Below the pieces are notes generated by a model. It was not told where the DNA came from. It saw only the letters and a program-made list of their open reading frames with translations, and ran no database searches. DNA of 64,000 nt from an uncultured bacterium (lineage in GTDB: Bacteria; Krumholzibacteriota; Krumholzibacteriia; Krumholzibacteriales; Krumholzibacteriaceae), in the NCBI GenBank assembly GCA_963813815.1, contig CAWFAD010000016.1, positions 1 through 64,000 of the forward strand. The letters are read 5' to 3'. Both the position numbers and the translations under genes were made by a program. Positions 40,101 through 49,482 of the stretch are shown here, piece after piece (within the stretch, counting starts at the first letter, position 1; each line of letters starts with the position of its first letter).

Positions 40101-40359
40101 GCTCAAGAGCGACATCGATCTCCTCGTCCACTTCCGCGGCACGCCGGAGCAGCGCGCCGAGCTCGGCCTGTGGCTCGAGGGTTGGAGCCTCGCGCTCGAC
40201 GAGATGAACTACCAGAAGACGGGGTACCGCACGGGGGGCCTGCTCGACGCTCACGTCGTCACCGACGAGGACATCGCCAACAAGACGAGCTACGCGATCA
40301 AGATCGGCGCCGTCACCGACGCCGCGAGGGCGCTTCCGATGAAAAAGAAGAGCGAGTGA
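37182..40359 (+). CDS. PPDK_N-domain protein with N-terminal sensor-like region and C-terminal nucleotidyltransferase; +1 frameshift near 39460
   Basis: LGGKCAGL, RSSSLLED..FSGKY, GLGTRAVDR, DIEFA, LQCRP; after removing one G at 39459-39460: GPGRWGS, SFGTHFF and Pol-beta motif FGSTK...SDIDL. Confidence 0.82.
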
Positions 40360-40363
40360 CCCG

Positions 40364-41212
40364 TCAGAGAAGCTCGCGGCGGGCGTCTCCCGGATTCTCC
40401 AAATCGAACCGGACGAGCGCGAGCTCGGGGCCGTCATGGGCCGCCGAGATCGCCACGGTGCGCCCGATGCGCACGCTCCACGTTCCCGTCAGGCGCGCCG
40501 ACTCGTGCACGTGCCCGTGGAGCGTCACGAGCGGGGCGCGCTCCTCGATGAAGCGGCGTATCGCGATGCTGCCGACGTGGACGTCGAGCGGGACGTGGTC
40601 GATCTTCATCCCGTCGAGCGCGGCCCGGTCGAGCCCCGAATCGTGCGGCGGCGCGTGGAAAAGGAAGACGGCGAGCGCGAGATCGTCCTCGCCGGCGAGC
40701 GCCTCGAGATCGTCCTTGATCGTGGCGTACTCGAGCTCGTCGGCGGGAACGCGCACCGTCAGCGCTCCGTCGGCGGGGGCGACGCACCCCGGGTCGACGT
40801 GCCGGGAGACGTCGTAGCGTTCCCAGTCCTTGAGGCGGAAGGGCGTCGGCGGCACGTACGCGTACCCGTACACCGTCCACCGCTCGAAGCGCTCCCGGCG
40901 TCCGTGGATGTACGAGACGACTCCGTCCCGCGAGGCCTCCTCGAGCGCCGTCTCGCCGTGCCGTCCGTCGTCGTTGCCGAGGATGACGAACACGCGGGGG
41001 TAGGCGGCGCCGAGCGCGTCGCGCAGCCGCGCGAGCCCCGCGAGGAAAACGTCCTCCAGAAAATCCCCGGCCGGGCCGCCCGCGTGGAAGTGCGGCAGGA
41101 TGTCCCCGCCGACGAAGACCGCCCGGGGCTTCTCGGCGGCGATGGCGTCGAAAAGCTTGAGACAGCGCTCGCGCTTACCGTGAAGGTCGGACACGAAAAA
41201 GCAGCTCGTCAT
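40364..41212 (-). CDS. Metallophosphoesterase (Icc-like)
   Basis: SDLHG, GGD, GNDD, HAPP, HGHVHE. Confidence 0.88.
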   Translation of the reverse strand: MTSCFFVSDLHGKRERCLKLFDAIAAEKPRAVFVGGDILPHFHAGGPAGDFLEDVFLAGLARLRDALGAAYPRVFVILGNDDGRHGETALEEASRDGVVSYIHGRRERFERWTVYGYAYVPPTPFRLKDWERYDVSRHVDPGCVAPADGALTVRVPADELEYATIKDDLEALAGEDDLALAVFLFHAPPHDSGLDRAALDGMKIDHVPLDVHVGSIAIRRFIEERAPLVTLHGHVHESARLTGTWSVRIGRTVAISAAHDGPELALVRFDLENPGDARRELL

Positions 41213-41401
41213 TTCGCCTTCGTCCGTTCGCTCGCCGCCTCCGAAGCCCGGAACCGCAGGGGCCATAATACCATATTTTCCTTTAATTTCGGCCCCGCAT
41301 GCTATAGATTATCTTCCGTCGGCGAGCCGTCGCTCATAATAATCGCAACAGCAGTTGTACTATAAGGTATGGAGGAAGGGCGTTCGCCCGCCGTGACAAA
41401 A

Positions 41402-42581
41402 ATGAGTGCCGCACGAAATAAAGAAATATACATGGACCACATAGCCGCCGGGCCGGTGCGCCCGGAGGCCGCGCGAGCCATGTCGGAGCTCCTGCGGGAC
41501 GGGTTCGGGAACCCCTTGAGCGTGCATTCCCGCGGACAGACCGCCGCGGAGGCGCTCGCCCGGGCGCGGGAGCAGGTGGCCTCCCTCGTCGGCGCCGAGC
41601 CCTGGGACGTGATATTCACCGCGACGGGGTCGGAGGCCAACAACCTCGCCCTCAAGGGTATCGCCCCGGCGCGAAAAAAGAAATCGAACCGGATCGTGGT
41701 CTCCGCGGTCGAGCACCACTCGATTTTGAACCCGGCGCGCACGCTCGCCAAGGAAGGGTACGAGCTCAGCGTCCTCCCCGTCGACGGGCACGGGCTCGTT
41801 TCGGCCGCGAGGCTCCGCGAGGAGCTCGCGAAAGGCGCCGCGCTCGTCTCCATCATGCACGCCAACACCGAGATCGGAACGATCGAGCCCATCGAGGAGC
41901 TCGCCGCCGCGTGCCGCGAGTTCGACGTTCCGCTTCACTCGGACGGATGGGGAACGGCGGGCGTCGTCCCGGTCGACGTGAAGCGGCTCGGCGTGGCCGC
42001 CTACTCGATCGCCGCGCAGAACTTCGGCGGCCCGCCGGGGGCGGCCGCGCTCATTCTCCCGAAAGGCACGCCGGCGCGCGCCCTCATCGAGGGCGGGGTG
42101 CAGGAGCGGGGGCTCCGCGCCGGACAGGAAAACCTCCCCGCCATCGCGGGGATGGGCGTCGCCGCGGAGCTCGCGCTCGCGGAGCCTCGAGGAAACGGCC
42201 GCGCGCACGCGCGCCGTCCGCGACGCCCTGCTCGCGCGGCTGCCGTCCGAGATCGCCGACGTCATCGTGACGGGGCATCCGGAGCGCCGGCTCCCCAACC
42301 ACGCGAGCTTCTGCGTGAAGTACATCGAGGGAGAGGGAATGCTCCTCCTCCTCGACGGCGCCGGGATCATGGCGGCGAGCGGCTCGGCCTGCACCTCGAA
42401 AGCGCTCAAGGGAAGCTACGTACTCGAGGCGATCGGCGTCGACACCGCCGTCGCGCAGGGCTCGATCGTTTTCACGATGGGGCCGGAGAGCGAGCTCGCG
42501 GACGTCGACGCGATCGTCGCAACGATGAAGCCCGCCGTCGCGCGGCTGCGCGAGATGTCACCGTTATACCGGAGGAAGTAA
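41402..42581 (+). CDS. nifS: NifS/IscS-family cysteine desulfurase homolog, PLP Lys replaced by Asn; +1 frameshift near 42185
   Basis: FGNPLSVH, TGSEANN, EHHS, HANTEIGTI, LRAGQEN, SGSACTS; removing one C at 42185-42186 joins the two ORFs. Confidence 0.85.
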
Positions 42582-42585
42582 GGTC

Positions 42586-43167
42586 ATGGCTCTCTACAGC
42601 GACAAGGTGATGGATCATTTCATGAATCCCCGCAACGTCGGCGAGATCCCCGGCGCGGACGGCGTCGGCGAGGTCGGCAATCCCGTCTGCGGCGACATGA
42701 TGACCTTTTACATCAAGGTGAAGGGTAACCGCCTCGCCGACATCAAGTTCAAGACCTTCGGTTGCGGCGCGGCGATCGCCGTCTCGAGCATGGTGAGCGA
42801 GATGGCGACGGGGAAAACGATCGAGGAGGCGCTCGAGATCACCAACGAGTCGGTCGCCGAGGAGCTCGGCGGGCTTCCGAAGAACAAGATGCACTGCTCC
42901 AACCTCGGCGCCGACGCGCTCCACGCGGCGATCGAGAACTACCGCGCGCGCAAGCGCGGCGAGCCGGCGGCGTCCGCGGCCGCCGGGCACGGGCACGATC
43001 ACGAGGAGTGCACGTGCCCCTTCTGCGACGCGGAGATCGACGGGGAGGACCCGATCTGCAGGACCTGCGGCGTGGAGTTTCTCGAGTGCCCCGCCTGCGG
43101 CAAGCTCGCCTCGAACAAGGACACGGCCTGCCCCCACTGCGGCGCGGGGCTCGGGAAGAAGGAATAG
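42586..43167 (+). CDS. iscU: IscU/NifU-type Fe-S scaffold with C-terminal double zinc ribbon
   Basis: YSDKVMDHFMNPRN, NPVCGD, FGCGAAIA, KMHCS; tail CPFC/CRTC/CPAC/CPHC. Confidence 0.92.
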   Translation: MALYSDKVMDHFMNPRNVGEIPGADGVGEVGNPVCGDMMTFYIKVKGNRLADIKFKTFGCGAAIAVSSMVSEMATGKTIEEALEITNESVAEELGGLPKNKMHCSNLGADALHAAIENYRARKRGEPAASAAAGHGHDHEECTCPFCDAEIDGEDPICRTCGVEFLECPACGKLASNKDTACPHCGAGLGKKE

Positions 43168-43191
43168 GCGGCGCCACGCCGAAGACTCGAT

Positions 43192-44103
43192 ATGCCACGA
43201 CATGAAATCGTAGCGGCCATCAATCGGCTCAAGGCCGAGCGCGGGGCCGTCATACTCGCGCACAACTACCAGCCCCCCGAAATTCAGAACGTCGCCGACC
43301 GGCTCGGCGACTCCCTCGATCTCAGCCGCTTCGCCGCCTCGACGGACGCCGCGGTCATCGTGTTCTGCGGCGTTCACTTCATGGCGGAGACGGCCGCGAT
43401 GCTCGCCCCCGGCAAAACGGTCATCCTGCCCGAGCCCTCCGCCGGCTGCCCGATGGCGGACATGATGAGCGCCGAGGACCTCGCGGCGCTCAAGGCCAAG
43501 CATCCCGGCGCCGTCGTCGTCACCTACGTGAACTCGACCGCCGAGGTCAAGGCCGAGACGGATATCTGCTGCACCTCGGCGAACGCCGTGCAGGTGGTGC
43601 GCTCGATACCGGAGGACCGCAAGATCATCTTCGGCCCCGACAAGTATCTCGGCGGATGGGTCAAGAGGCAGACCGGCCGCCGCATGATCATTTGGAACGG
43701 CTGGTGCCCGACGCACCAGAAGATCCACCCCGAGCAGATCGAGCAGCTTCGGAAAATACATATCGACGCCGTCGTCATGGCGCACCCCGAGGTCAATCCG
43801 GCGGTGGCGGAGGTCGCGGACGTCGTGCTCGGCACGGGCGGCATGCTCCGCTACGTGCGGGAGAGCTCCGTGAACACCTTCATCGTCGCCACGGAGATCG
43901 GGATGATCCATCGCCTCGCGAAGGAGTTCCCCGGCCGGGAGTTCATCGCGGCGTCGAAGCACGCGCTCTGTCCGAACATGAAAAAGATCACCCTCGAAAA
44001 GGTCGCCTCCTCCCTCGAGCGCCTCGAACCGGCGATCACGGTGCCGCCGGGCGTGGCCGATCGCGCGCGAGCTGCGATTCAGCGAATGGTCGAGCTCGGT
44101 TAG
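43192..44103 (+). CDS. nadA: Quinolinate synthase
   Basis: ILAHNYQ, GDSL, FCGVHFMAETA, AGCPMA, YVNS, CPTH, HPE, CPNMK. Confidence 0.96.
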   Translation: MPRHEIVAAINRLKAERGAVILAHNYQPPEIQNVADRLGDSLDLSRFAASTDAAVIVFCGVHFMAETAAMLAPGKTVILPEPSAGCPMADMMSAEDLAALKAKHPGAVVVTYVNSTAEVKAETDICCTSANAVQVVRSIPEDRKIIFGPDKYLGGWVKRQTGRRMIIWNGWCPTHQKIHPEQIEQLRKIHIDAVVMAHPEVNPAVAEVADVVLGTGGMLRYVRESSVNTFIVATEIGMIHRLAKEFPGREFIAASKHALCPNMKKITLEKVASSLERLEPAITVPPGVADRARAAIQRMVELG

Positions 44104-44260
44104 CGGCGCCCGCCCTCCGCGCCCGAGCCGGCTCGCCGGGCGCTACAAACACCTTGAGTTTTTTCGCCGCTGCGCTAAATTATGCGGATTATTCGCTCCG
44201 CCGCGGGGCCGCCCTCGGCGACCGAAGGCCGTCATCACCACTCGCTCACGGGAGGATCGC

Positions 44261-45472
44261 ATGAAACGGTTCGCCATTCTCGTCGCTCTTCTCTCGATCG
44301 CCCTCGTCTCCGCGGCGGCGGCCGAGGAGAAGGCGCCCGCGTACACGTTCACCTGGAGCGGCTACATCAAGGCGGATTTCGCGTACGACGACGCGCGCGT
44401 CAGCTCCGGCAACTACGCCCTCTACGTGCTCGAGCGCACGAGCGGCGCCGAGAAGAACGGCTTCACGAGCATCACGGCGCGCGAATCGCGCCTCGGCTTC
44501 GATTTCAAATGGATCGAGGACGAATACAAGACGGCGGCCAAGGTCGAGTTCGATTTCTACGGCCTCGGCGTTTCGTCGGCGAGCCTCACCTCGCAGGAGA
44601 ACAAGGCGACGGCGATGCTGCGGCACGCCTACGTCGAGGTCGCGCGGGGCCGCTGGTCGCTGCTCGCGGGGCAGACGAGCGACGTCATGTCGCCGCTCGT
44701 GCCGAAGACCGTGAACTACACGGTCTGCTGGGATCAGGGCAACATCGGATACCGCCGCCCGCAGCTTCGCCTCTCCGCCTACGCGAACGCGTCGGAGCGG
44801 GCGAGGGTGTCGCTCGCCGTGGCGGCCGCGCGGACCATCGGCGGCGACCTCGACGGAGACAAGATCGACGACGGCGCCGATTCGGCCCTGCCCACGCTCG
44901 AGGGCCGTCTCGGGCTCGCGATGAAGATGTGCGATCGCGGATCGTTCGACGTCGGCGTTTCGGGGCACTACGGGCAGGAGACCTATTCCGCCGACGTCGA
45001 GGAGATCGAGTCGTGGTCGGCGAACGGCGACTTCAAGGCCGTCTTCTGCGCCAAGCTCGAGCTCGCCGGCGAGATCTTCGTGGGACAGAACCTCGGCGCG
45101 TACTACGGCGGCGTCGGCCAGACCGTGAATCCGCTCTCGGAGGAGATCGGCTCGAAGGGCGGCTGGGCGCAGGTGTCGTACTCGCCGGCGCCGCGCATCT
45201 CCTTCAACGCCGGCTACGGCATCGACGATCCGGACGACGAGGATCTCGCGATCGCCGAGGGGGGCGCCCAGACGACCTTCATCGACGCGAACGAGAACAT
45301 CTTCGGCAGCGTCTTCTACTCGATCACGAGCAACGTGCAGGCGATGCTCGAGGTCTCGCGGATGACGACGAGCTATCTGTACCGGGTATACGACGACGGC
45401 ACGCTCATGACCGACGCGAAGGAGTTCGACGATCTGCGCGTGCAGTTCGCCCTGAAGGCCGCGATCAAGTAG
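44261..45472 (+). CDS. Outer-membrane porin (DcaP-like)
   Basis: Signal peptide; GYIKADF.YD, ARESRLG, EFDFYG, LRHAY, LAGQT, YRRPQLR. Confidence 0.75.
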   Translation: MKRFAILVALLSIALVSAAAAEEKAPAYTFTWSGYIKADFAYDDARVSSGNYALYVLERTSGAEKNGFTSITARESRLGFDFKWIEDEYKTAAKVEFDFYGLGVSSASLTSQENKATAMLRHAYVEVARGRWSLLAGQTSDVMSPLVPKTVNYTVCWDQGNIGYRRPQLRLSAYANASERARVSLAVAAARTIGGDLDGDKIDDGADSALPTLEGRLGLAMKMCDRGSFDVGVSGHYGQETYSADVEEIESWSANGDFKAVFCAKLELAGEIFVGQNLGAYYGGVGQTVNPLSEEIGSKGGWAQVSYSPAPRISFNAGYGIDDPDDEDLAIAEGGAQTTFIDANENIFGSVFYSITSNVQAMLEVSRMTTSYLYRVYDDGTLMTDAKEFDDLRVQFALKAAIK

Positions 45473-45554
45473 CGCCGCCGTCTCGTGGCCGGCCCCGAAA
45501 GGCTTCAGCCGGCGGAGAAGGCATCATTTAAATATCTCGGGGAGTTTGCTTCGC

Positions 45555-45809
45555 TCAATCCGAGGAGAGCGAGCGCAGGATGGTTTTCTTTTTCTCTTCG
45601 CTGAATTCGTTTCCGTAGAACCGGAGAAAAAGCTCTCGCCGCAGATCCACGCGCTCGCCCTTCCGCGCGGCCTCGGCCAATATGCCCGCCGCCGCGAGAG
45701 TTTTCGCCGTTTGAAACATCTCGCACGCCATCCTGAGTCTCCGGGCCGGCGCGAGAGACATCATGAGTCGCCGATGCAAGGCTTCATATTTGGAAGACGT
45801 ATCTTTCAT
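45555..45809 (-). CDS. Small helical hypothetical protein coupled to a nucleotidyltransferase gene
   Basis: MKDTS...RRLRMACEMF...ELFLRFYG; ATGA overlap with the upstream gene. Confidence 0.65.
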   Translation of the reverse strand: MKDTSSKYEALHRRLMMSLAPARRLRMACEMFQTAKTLAAAGILAEAARKGERVDLRRELFLRFYGNEFSEEKKKTILRSLSSD

Positions 45810-46354
45810 ATCGCGCGAACCAGCTCCACAAGCTCGCGAACGCCCAGCTCGTCCGCCCACTCGAGAATATACACCCAATCGAGATTCTGTGCGCACCTCG
45901 CTATGGCCCCGGCGTCACGAAGCTGAAGCTGCGACCCCGCATCCTTGCCCCACGAGAGCTTTGAGAGCAGCAGGTCCTCCGGGGCAACAACCGACACGGC
46001 GGTTCCCTCGATATCGAATTTCCGGCGGCGCTGGAACTCCATTTCTCGATACGGGCCGGCCTTGCGAACGATAAAATCGACCTTGACGAGCGACTCTTTA
46101 TGAATCGCGTTGAACATTCCCCGGCGGCGCGCCGCATCGATCGCGTCTTCTCGGTCGATATAGCAATCGGCCTCGAAAAGAGCCGCGACCCGAGCGGCGT
46201 CCTCGGTTCCGATGTCGATGACGACGTCGATATCGCGCGTCATGCGCGGTTCGGCGTAAAGCGCGAGCGCCACCGATCCCGTCAGCATGTAAGGAACGTT
46301 GCCCCGCTCCAGCCGCTCAACGATCTCTTTCAAGAATAACGACTGCTCATCCAT
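45806..46354 (-). CDS. Pol-beta-superfamily nucleotidyltransferase
   Basis: YMLTGSVA...PRMTRDIDVV, KVDF, PEDLLLSKL. Confidence 0.8.
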   Translation of the reverse strand: MDEQSLFLKEIVERLERGNVPYMLTGSVALALYAEPRMTRDIDVVIDIGTEDAARVAALFEADCYIDREDAIDAARRRGMFNAIHKESLVKVDFIVRKAGPYREMEFQRRRKFDIEGTAVSVVAPEDLLLSKLSWGKDAGSQLQLRDAGAIARCAQNLDWVYILEWADELGVRELVELVRAI

Positions 46355-46372
46355 GATCCGTTTTCCTCTACG

Positions 46373-47860
46373 CTAGGCCGCCGGAAGAGACGTCATCCCG
46401 AACCGTTTCGCCTCGCGCTCCATGAGCTCATGGAGATGCGCGGCCACGGCCGCGTCGAGCGGCTCGCTCGCGTGCGAGGCGAGAATCTTCTCGACGCGCT
46501 CCGAGGCGCGCCGGAGCGCGTCCTTGCTCCCCTGACGCTGCCACTCGTCGAGGGCGTTGCGATCGACGACCTCGCCGGGGTAGTACACCTCTTTCCGGAA
46601 CCAGCGCATCGTGTGGGCGAGGGCGAGGAAGCTCCCCCGTTCGATCCCCTCGCGCATGAGCTCGGGGGGCAGGATGGGGTCGTCGCGGAGCTCGATCCCC
46701 GAGACGAGCCGCAGCGCCATTCCGCAGACCTCGTTGTCGAGCACGAGCTTCTCGAGGCTCTGGCACGACTCGAAATCGAGCATGCCGGGGCCGGAGACGT
46801 TGTTGATCCCGGAGAGCGCGGCGATCACGGCGCCCATCGCCGTCTCCATTCCCGCCTGATAGTCGGGGAGCTTCGAGTCGGAGAGGGCCATGTACGCCTG
46901 CACGGGAAGCCCGAGATGCTTGCCGATCTCCGCGTAGGCGCCGTCTATCATCATCGTCTCGACGGCGCCCATCGGCGTCGTGCCCTTCCGCATGTCGAAG
47001 CACGCGGGGGATCCCCCGTACACGATCGGGGCGCCGGGACCTGCGAGCTGATGAATGACGACCCCGCTCAGGCTCTCCGCGCAGTGCTGCGCGACGGCGC
47101 CGGCGAGCGTCACGGGGGAGGTGGCGCCGGTGAGCGGCATCGAGATGAGCTCCGCCACGAGTCCCGTCCGCGCGCAATCGATGAGCGCCTGCGCCGTGAG
47201 GTCGCTCCACTTGAGGGGCGGCGACGGGCAGCAGTCGAAGATCGCGTTCGGCTTCTCGCGGAGCGTCTCCGCGTCGCCCGCGACCGCGGCGAGCATCTCG
47301 TGCATCACCTTGAAGGCCTCGATCTTGAAGGTGCCCGTCACGATCGGCTTCGACGAGTGGAGGAGCCCGAGGTACACGCGGTAGCGGTCCTGAATGTCCT
47401 GCGGCACGTCGCTCGAGATGAGGCCGGTGCTCTGCGCGGCGTAGGACGGGAGCGCGTCGGTGAGCCGCACGAAGCGCACGAGGTCGGCCGTGACCGCCTG
47501 GCGCGGGCGCCCCGCAGCGGCGTCATAGATGCGAAGCGCGGCCGAGCCAGGATTGAAATGCACGCGGTCCCCGCCGAGGTCCATGGCCGGCTCCCCGCGG
47601 CGGTTATGCAGCACGACGCGCGACGGCGCGCTCTCGACCGCCTTCTCGACGACCGCGGCCGGTATCTTCACGCGGCGCGTCCCCTTCTCGACGCCGCACC
47701 CCGCGCCGTCGAGCATCGAGACCGCCTCGTCGTTCTCGACGAAGACGCCGATCTCCGAGAGAATGCGTTTCGCGTCGTCGACGATCTTCTTTCGCGTCTT
47801 TTCGCCGAACCAGGTGACGCGCGGATTAATCTTCTTCTCCAAGACGGGCCTCCCTCTCAT
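46373..47860 (-). CDS. MttB-superfamily methyltransferase, non-pyrrolysine (start uncertain)
   Basis: SPPLKW, GATSPVTLAG, PGAPIVYG, DMRKG, SDSKLPDYQAGME, GML..S.EKLVLDNE; no in-frame UAG. Confidence 0.88.
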   Translation of the reverse strand: MRGRPVLEKKINPRVTWFGEKTRKKIVDDAKRILSEIGVFVENDEAVSMLDGAGCGVEKGTRRVKIPAAVVEKAVESAPSRVVLHNRRGEPAMDLGGDRVHFNPGSAALRIYDAAAGRPRQAVTADLVRFVRLTDALPSYAAQSTGLISSDVPQDIQDRYRVYLGLLHSSKPIVTGTFKIEAFKVMHEMLAAVAGDAETLREKPNAIFDCCPSPPLKWSDLTAQALIDCARTGLVAELISMPLTGATSPVTLAGAVAQHCAESLSGVVIHQLAGPGAPIVYGGSPACFDMRKGTTPMGAVETMMIDGAYAEIGKHLGLPVQAYMALSDSKLPDYQAGMETAMGAVIAALSGINNVSGPGMLDFESCQSLEKLVLDNEVCGMALRLVSGIELRDDPILPPELMREGIERGSFLALAHTMRWFRKEVYYPGEVVDRNALDEWQRQGSKDALRRASERVEKILASHASEPLDAAVAAHLHELMEREAKRFGMTSLPAA

Positions 47861-48506
47861 CGGGCCGGTACTCGCAATCTTTCCGTCCGCAGTTCTCGCA
47901 CGAATTTTCGCTCCGCAGCGACTCGGGCTCGCGGGCGACGTGCACCGCGAAGGACACCGATTTCCGCGGAATCATCATGCAGCTCGAGCTGAGCCGCACG
48001 CCGATTCTATCCGCCGCCACGAGCTCGAAGATCGAGCGCTGCCCGCTCACGTCCCAATCGCCGTATCCCGGGCTCGCGCGGCAGCTCGTCTTGAGCCCCT
48101 CCCGCGCCGCCTCCGCCGCAATGAGCCGGTCGAGCCGGTCGGCCGTCGCCTCCGCGGCGACCGAGCCCGCGGCGTCGAGCATGATCGCTCGAAGGAGCTC
48201 GTCGCGCTTCGAGAGCCGCGCGACCTCATCCTCGAGCCCGGGGCCGATCGTGCAAACGCAGAAGGCCATCCGGTCGAGGCGCTCGAACATTTTCGATCGC
48301 GGAAGGTCGCGCCCGGCGGCGTACACGTAGACGCCGCGCGGCGCGATGAGCGAGCGGGCCGCGTCGAGCGCCTCGGCGACGGCGCTCCCGACGCGCGGAT
48401 CGTCCGAGGACCCGCCGGCGCGGCGGGCGCCCTTTTTCCCGAGAAGCATGCGGATCTCGGCCGGATCGATCTCGATATCGAATCCCTCGACGACCACGGG
48501 CTCCAT
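47826..48506 (-). CDS. Methionine synthase B12 reactivation (AdoMet-binding) domain protein
   Basis: VCTIG, DAAGSVAAE, SPGYGDW..Q, IGV.L....M.P.KSVS. Confidence 0.85.
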   Translation of the reverse strand: MEPVVVEGFDIEIDPAEIRMLLGKKGARRAGGSSDDPRVGSAVAEALDAARSLIAPRGVYVYAAGRDLPRSKMFERLDRMAFCVCTIGPGLEDEVARLSKRDELLRAIMLDAAGSVAAEATADRLDRLIAAEAAREGLKTSCRASPGYGDWDVSGQRSIFELVAADRIGVRLSSSCMMIPRKSVSFAVHVAREPESLRSENSCENCGRKDCEYRPDEREARLGEED

Positions 48507-48533
48507 GGACTCGTCTCCGCGCGGCGCCCCGTC

Positions 48534-49439
48534 TCAGGCGCCGTGTGTCATGCGCTCGTGCACCGCCCGTATGAAATCCGGCGTCGTCCCGCAGCATCCG
48601 CCGACGGCGCTCGCGCCCTTCGCGACGATCCGCATGACGTCCCCGGCGAAATCCTCCGGGCGCTGCTGGTAGACGGGCTCGCCGCGCTCCATCACGGGCT
48701 GCCCCGCGTTCGGCTGAAAAAGGAGGAGCCCGTCCGTCACGAGCCGGTACTCCTCGGCGAGATCCACCATATCGTGGGCTTGGAGCGTGCAGTTGGCGCC
48801 GAGGGCCGTCGCGCCCTCTTTCGGCAGGATCTCGACGGCCTTCTCGGTCGTGTCGCCCATCATGGTGAAGTACCCCTTCGCTCTCCGCTCGAAGGTGAGC
48901 GTGACGGCGACGGGGCGGGATGAGACCTCGCGCACCGCCCGGAGGGCCTCGACCGCCTCCCGGACGTCGTACATCGTCTCGATGACGAAGAGATCGACCC
49001 CCGCGCGCTCGAGGGCGCGCGCCTGCTCTCGAAAGGCCGCGCGCGCCGCGTCCGCTTTGAGCGCGCCGACGGGCGGAAAAAACTGCCCCGTCGGCCCGAT
49101 GTCCCCCGCGACGAACCGCTCGTGCTTGCCGCTGTGGTCGATCGCGCGGCGCGCGAGCTCGACCGCTTTCTCGTTCACCGCGGCGACGTCGAGCTTCCGT
49201 CCGGCCTCGGCGGCATGCATCTTGACGCCCGTCGCGCCGAACGTGGCAGTCGTCAGAACCTCGGCGCCCGCGTCGAGGTAGGCCGCGTGAATGCGCGATA
49301 TCGTCTCGGGCTGGGCGAGCACCCACGCCTCGGGCAGGTCGCGCCGGGCGAGCCCGGCGGCGATGAGCATGCTCCCCATGCCGCCGTCGAAAATGACGAC
49401 CCGCTGCTTCATGATCGACAGAAAATCGTGCTTGTGCAT
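48534..49439 (-). CDS. Homocysteine S-methyltransferase domain protein
   Basis: DGGMGS, HAAYLDAGA, GDIGPTG, ETM, GANC, PNAG, GGCCGTTP (Zn ligands). Confidence 0.92.
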   Translation of the reverse strand: MHKHDFLSIMKQRVVIFDGGMGSMLIAAGLARRDLPEAWVLAQPETISRIHAAYLDAGAEVLTTATFGATGVKMHAAEAGRKLDVAAVNEKAVELARRAIDHSGKHERFVAGDIGPTGQFFPPVGALKADAARAAFREQARALERAGVDLFVIETMYDVREAVEALRAVREVSSRPVAVTLTFERRAKGYFTMMGDTTEKAVEILPKEGATALGANCTLQAHDMVDLAEEYRLVTDGLLLFQPNAGQPVMERGEPVYQQRPEDFAGDVMRIVAKGASAVGGCCGTTPDFIRAVHERMTHGA

Positions 49440-49482
49440 CGGCTCTCCCGGGAGCGCCGGCTCCCGTTCTCCCGCCGGTCCG

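Noticed and set aside
46373..47860. Pyrrolysine-containing trimethylamine methyltransferase
   Set aside because: The ORF is continuous with no in-frame UAG
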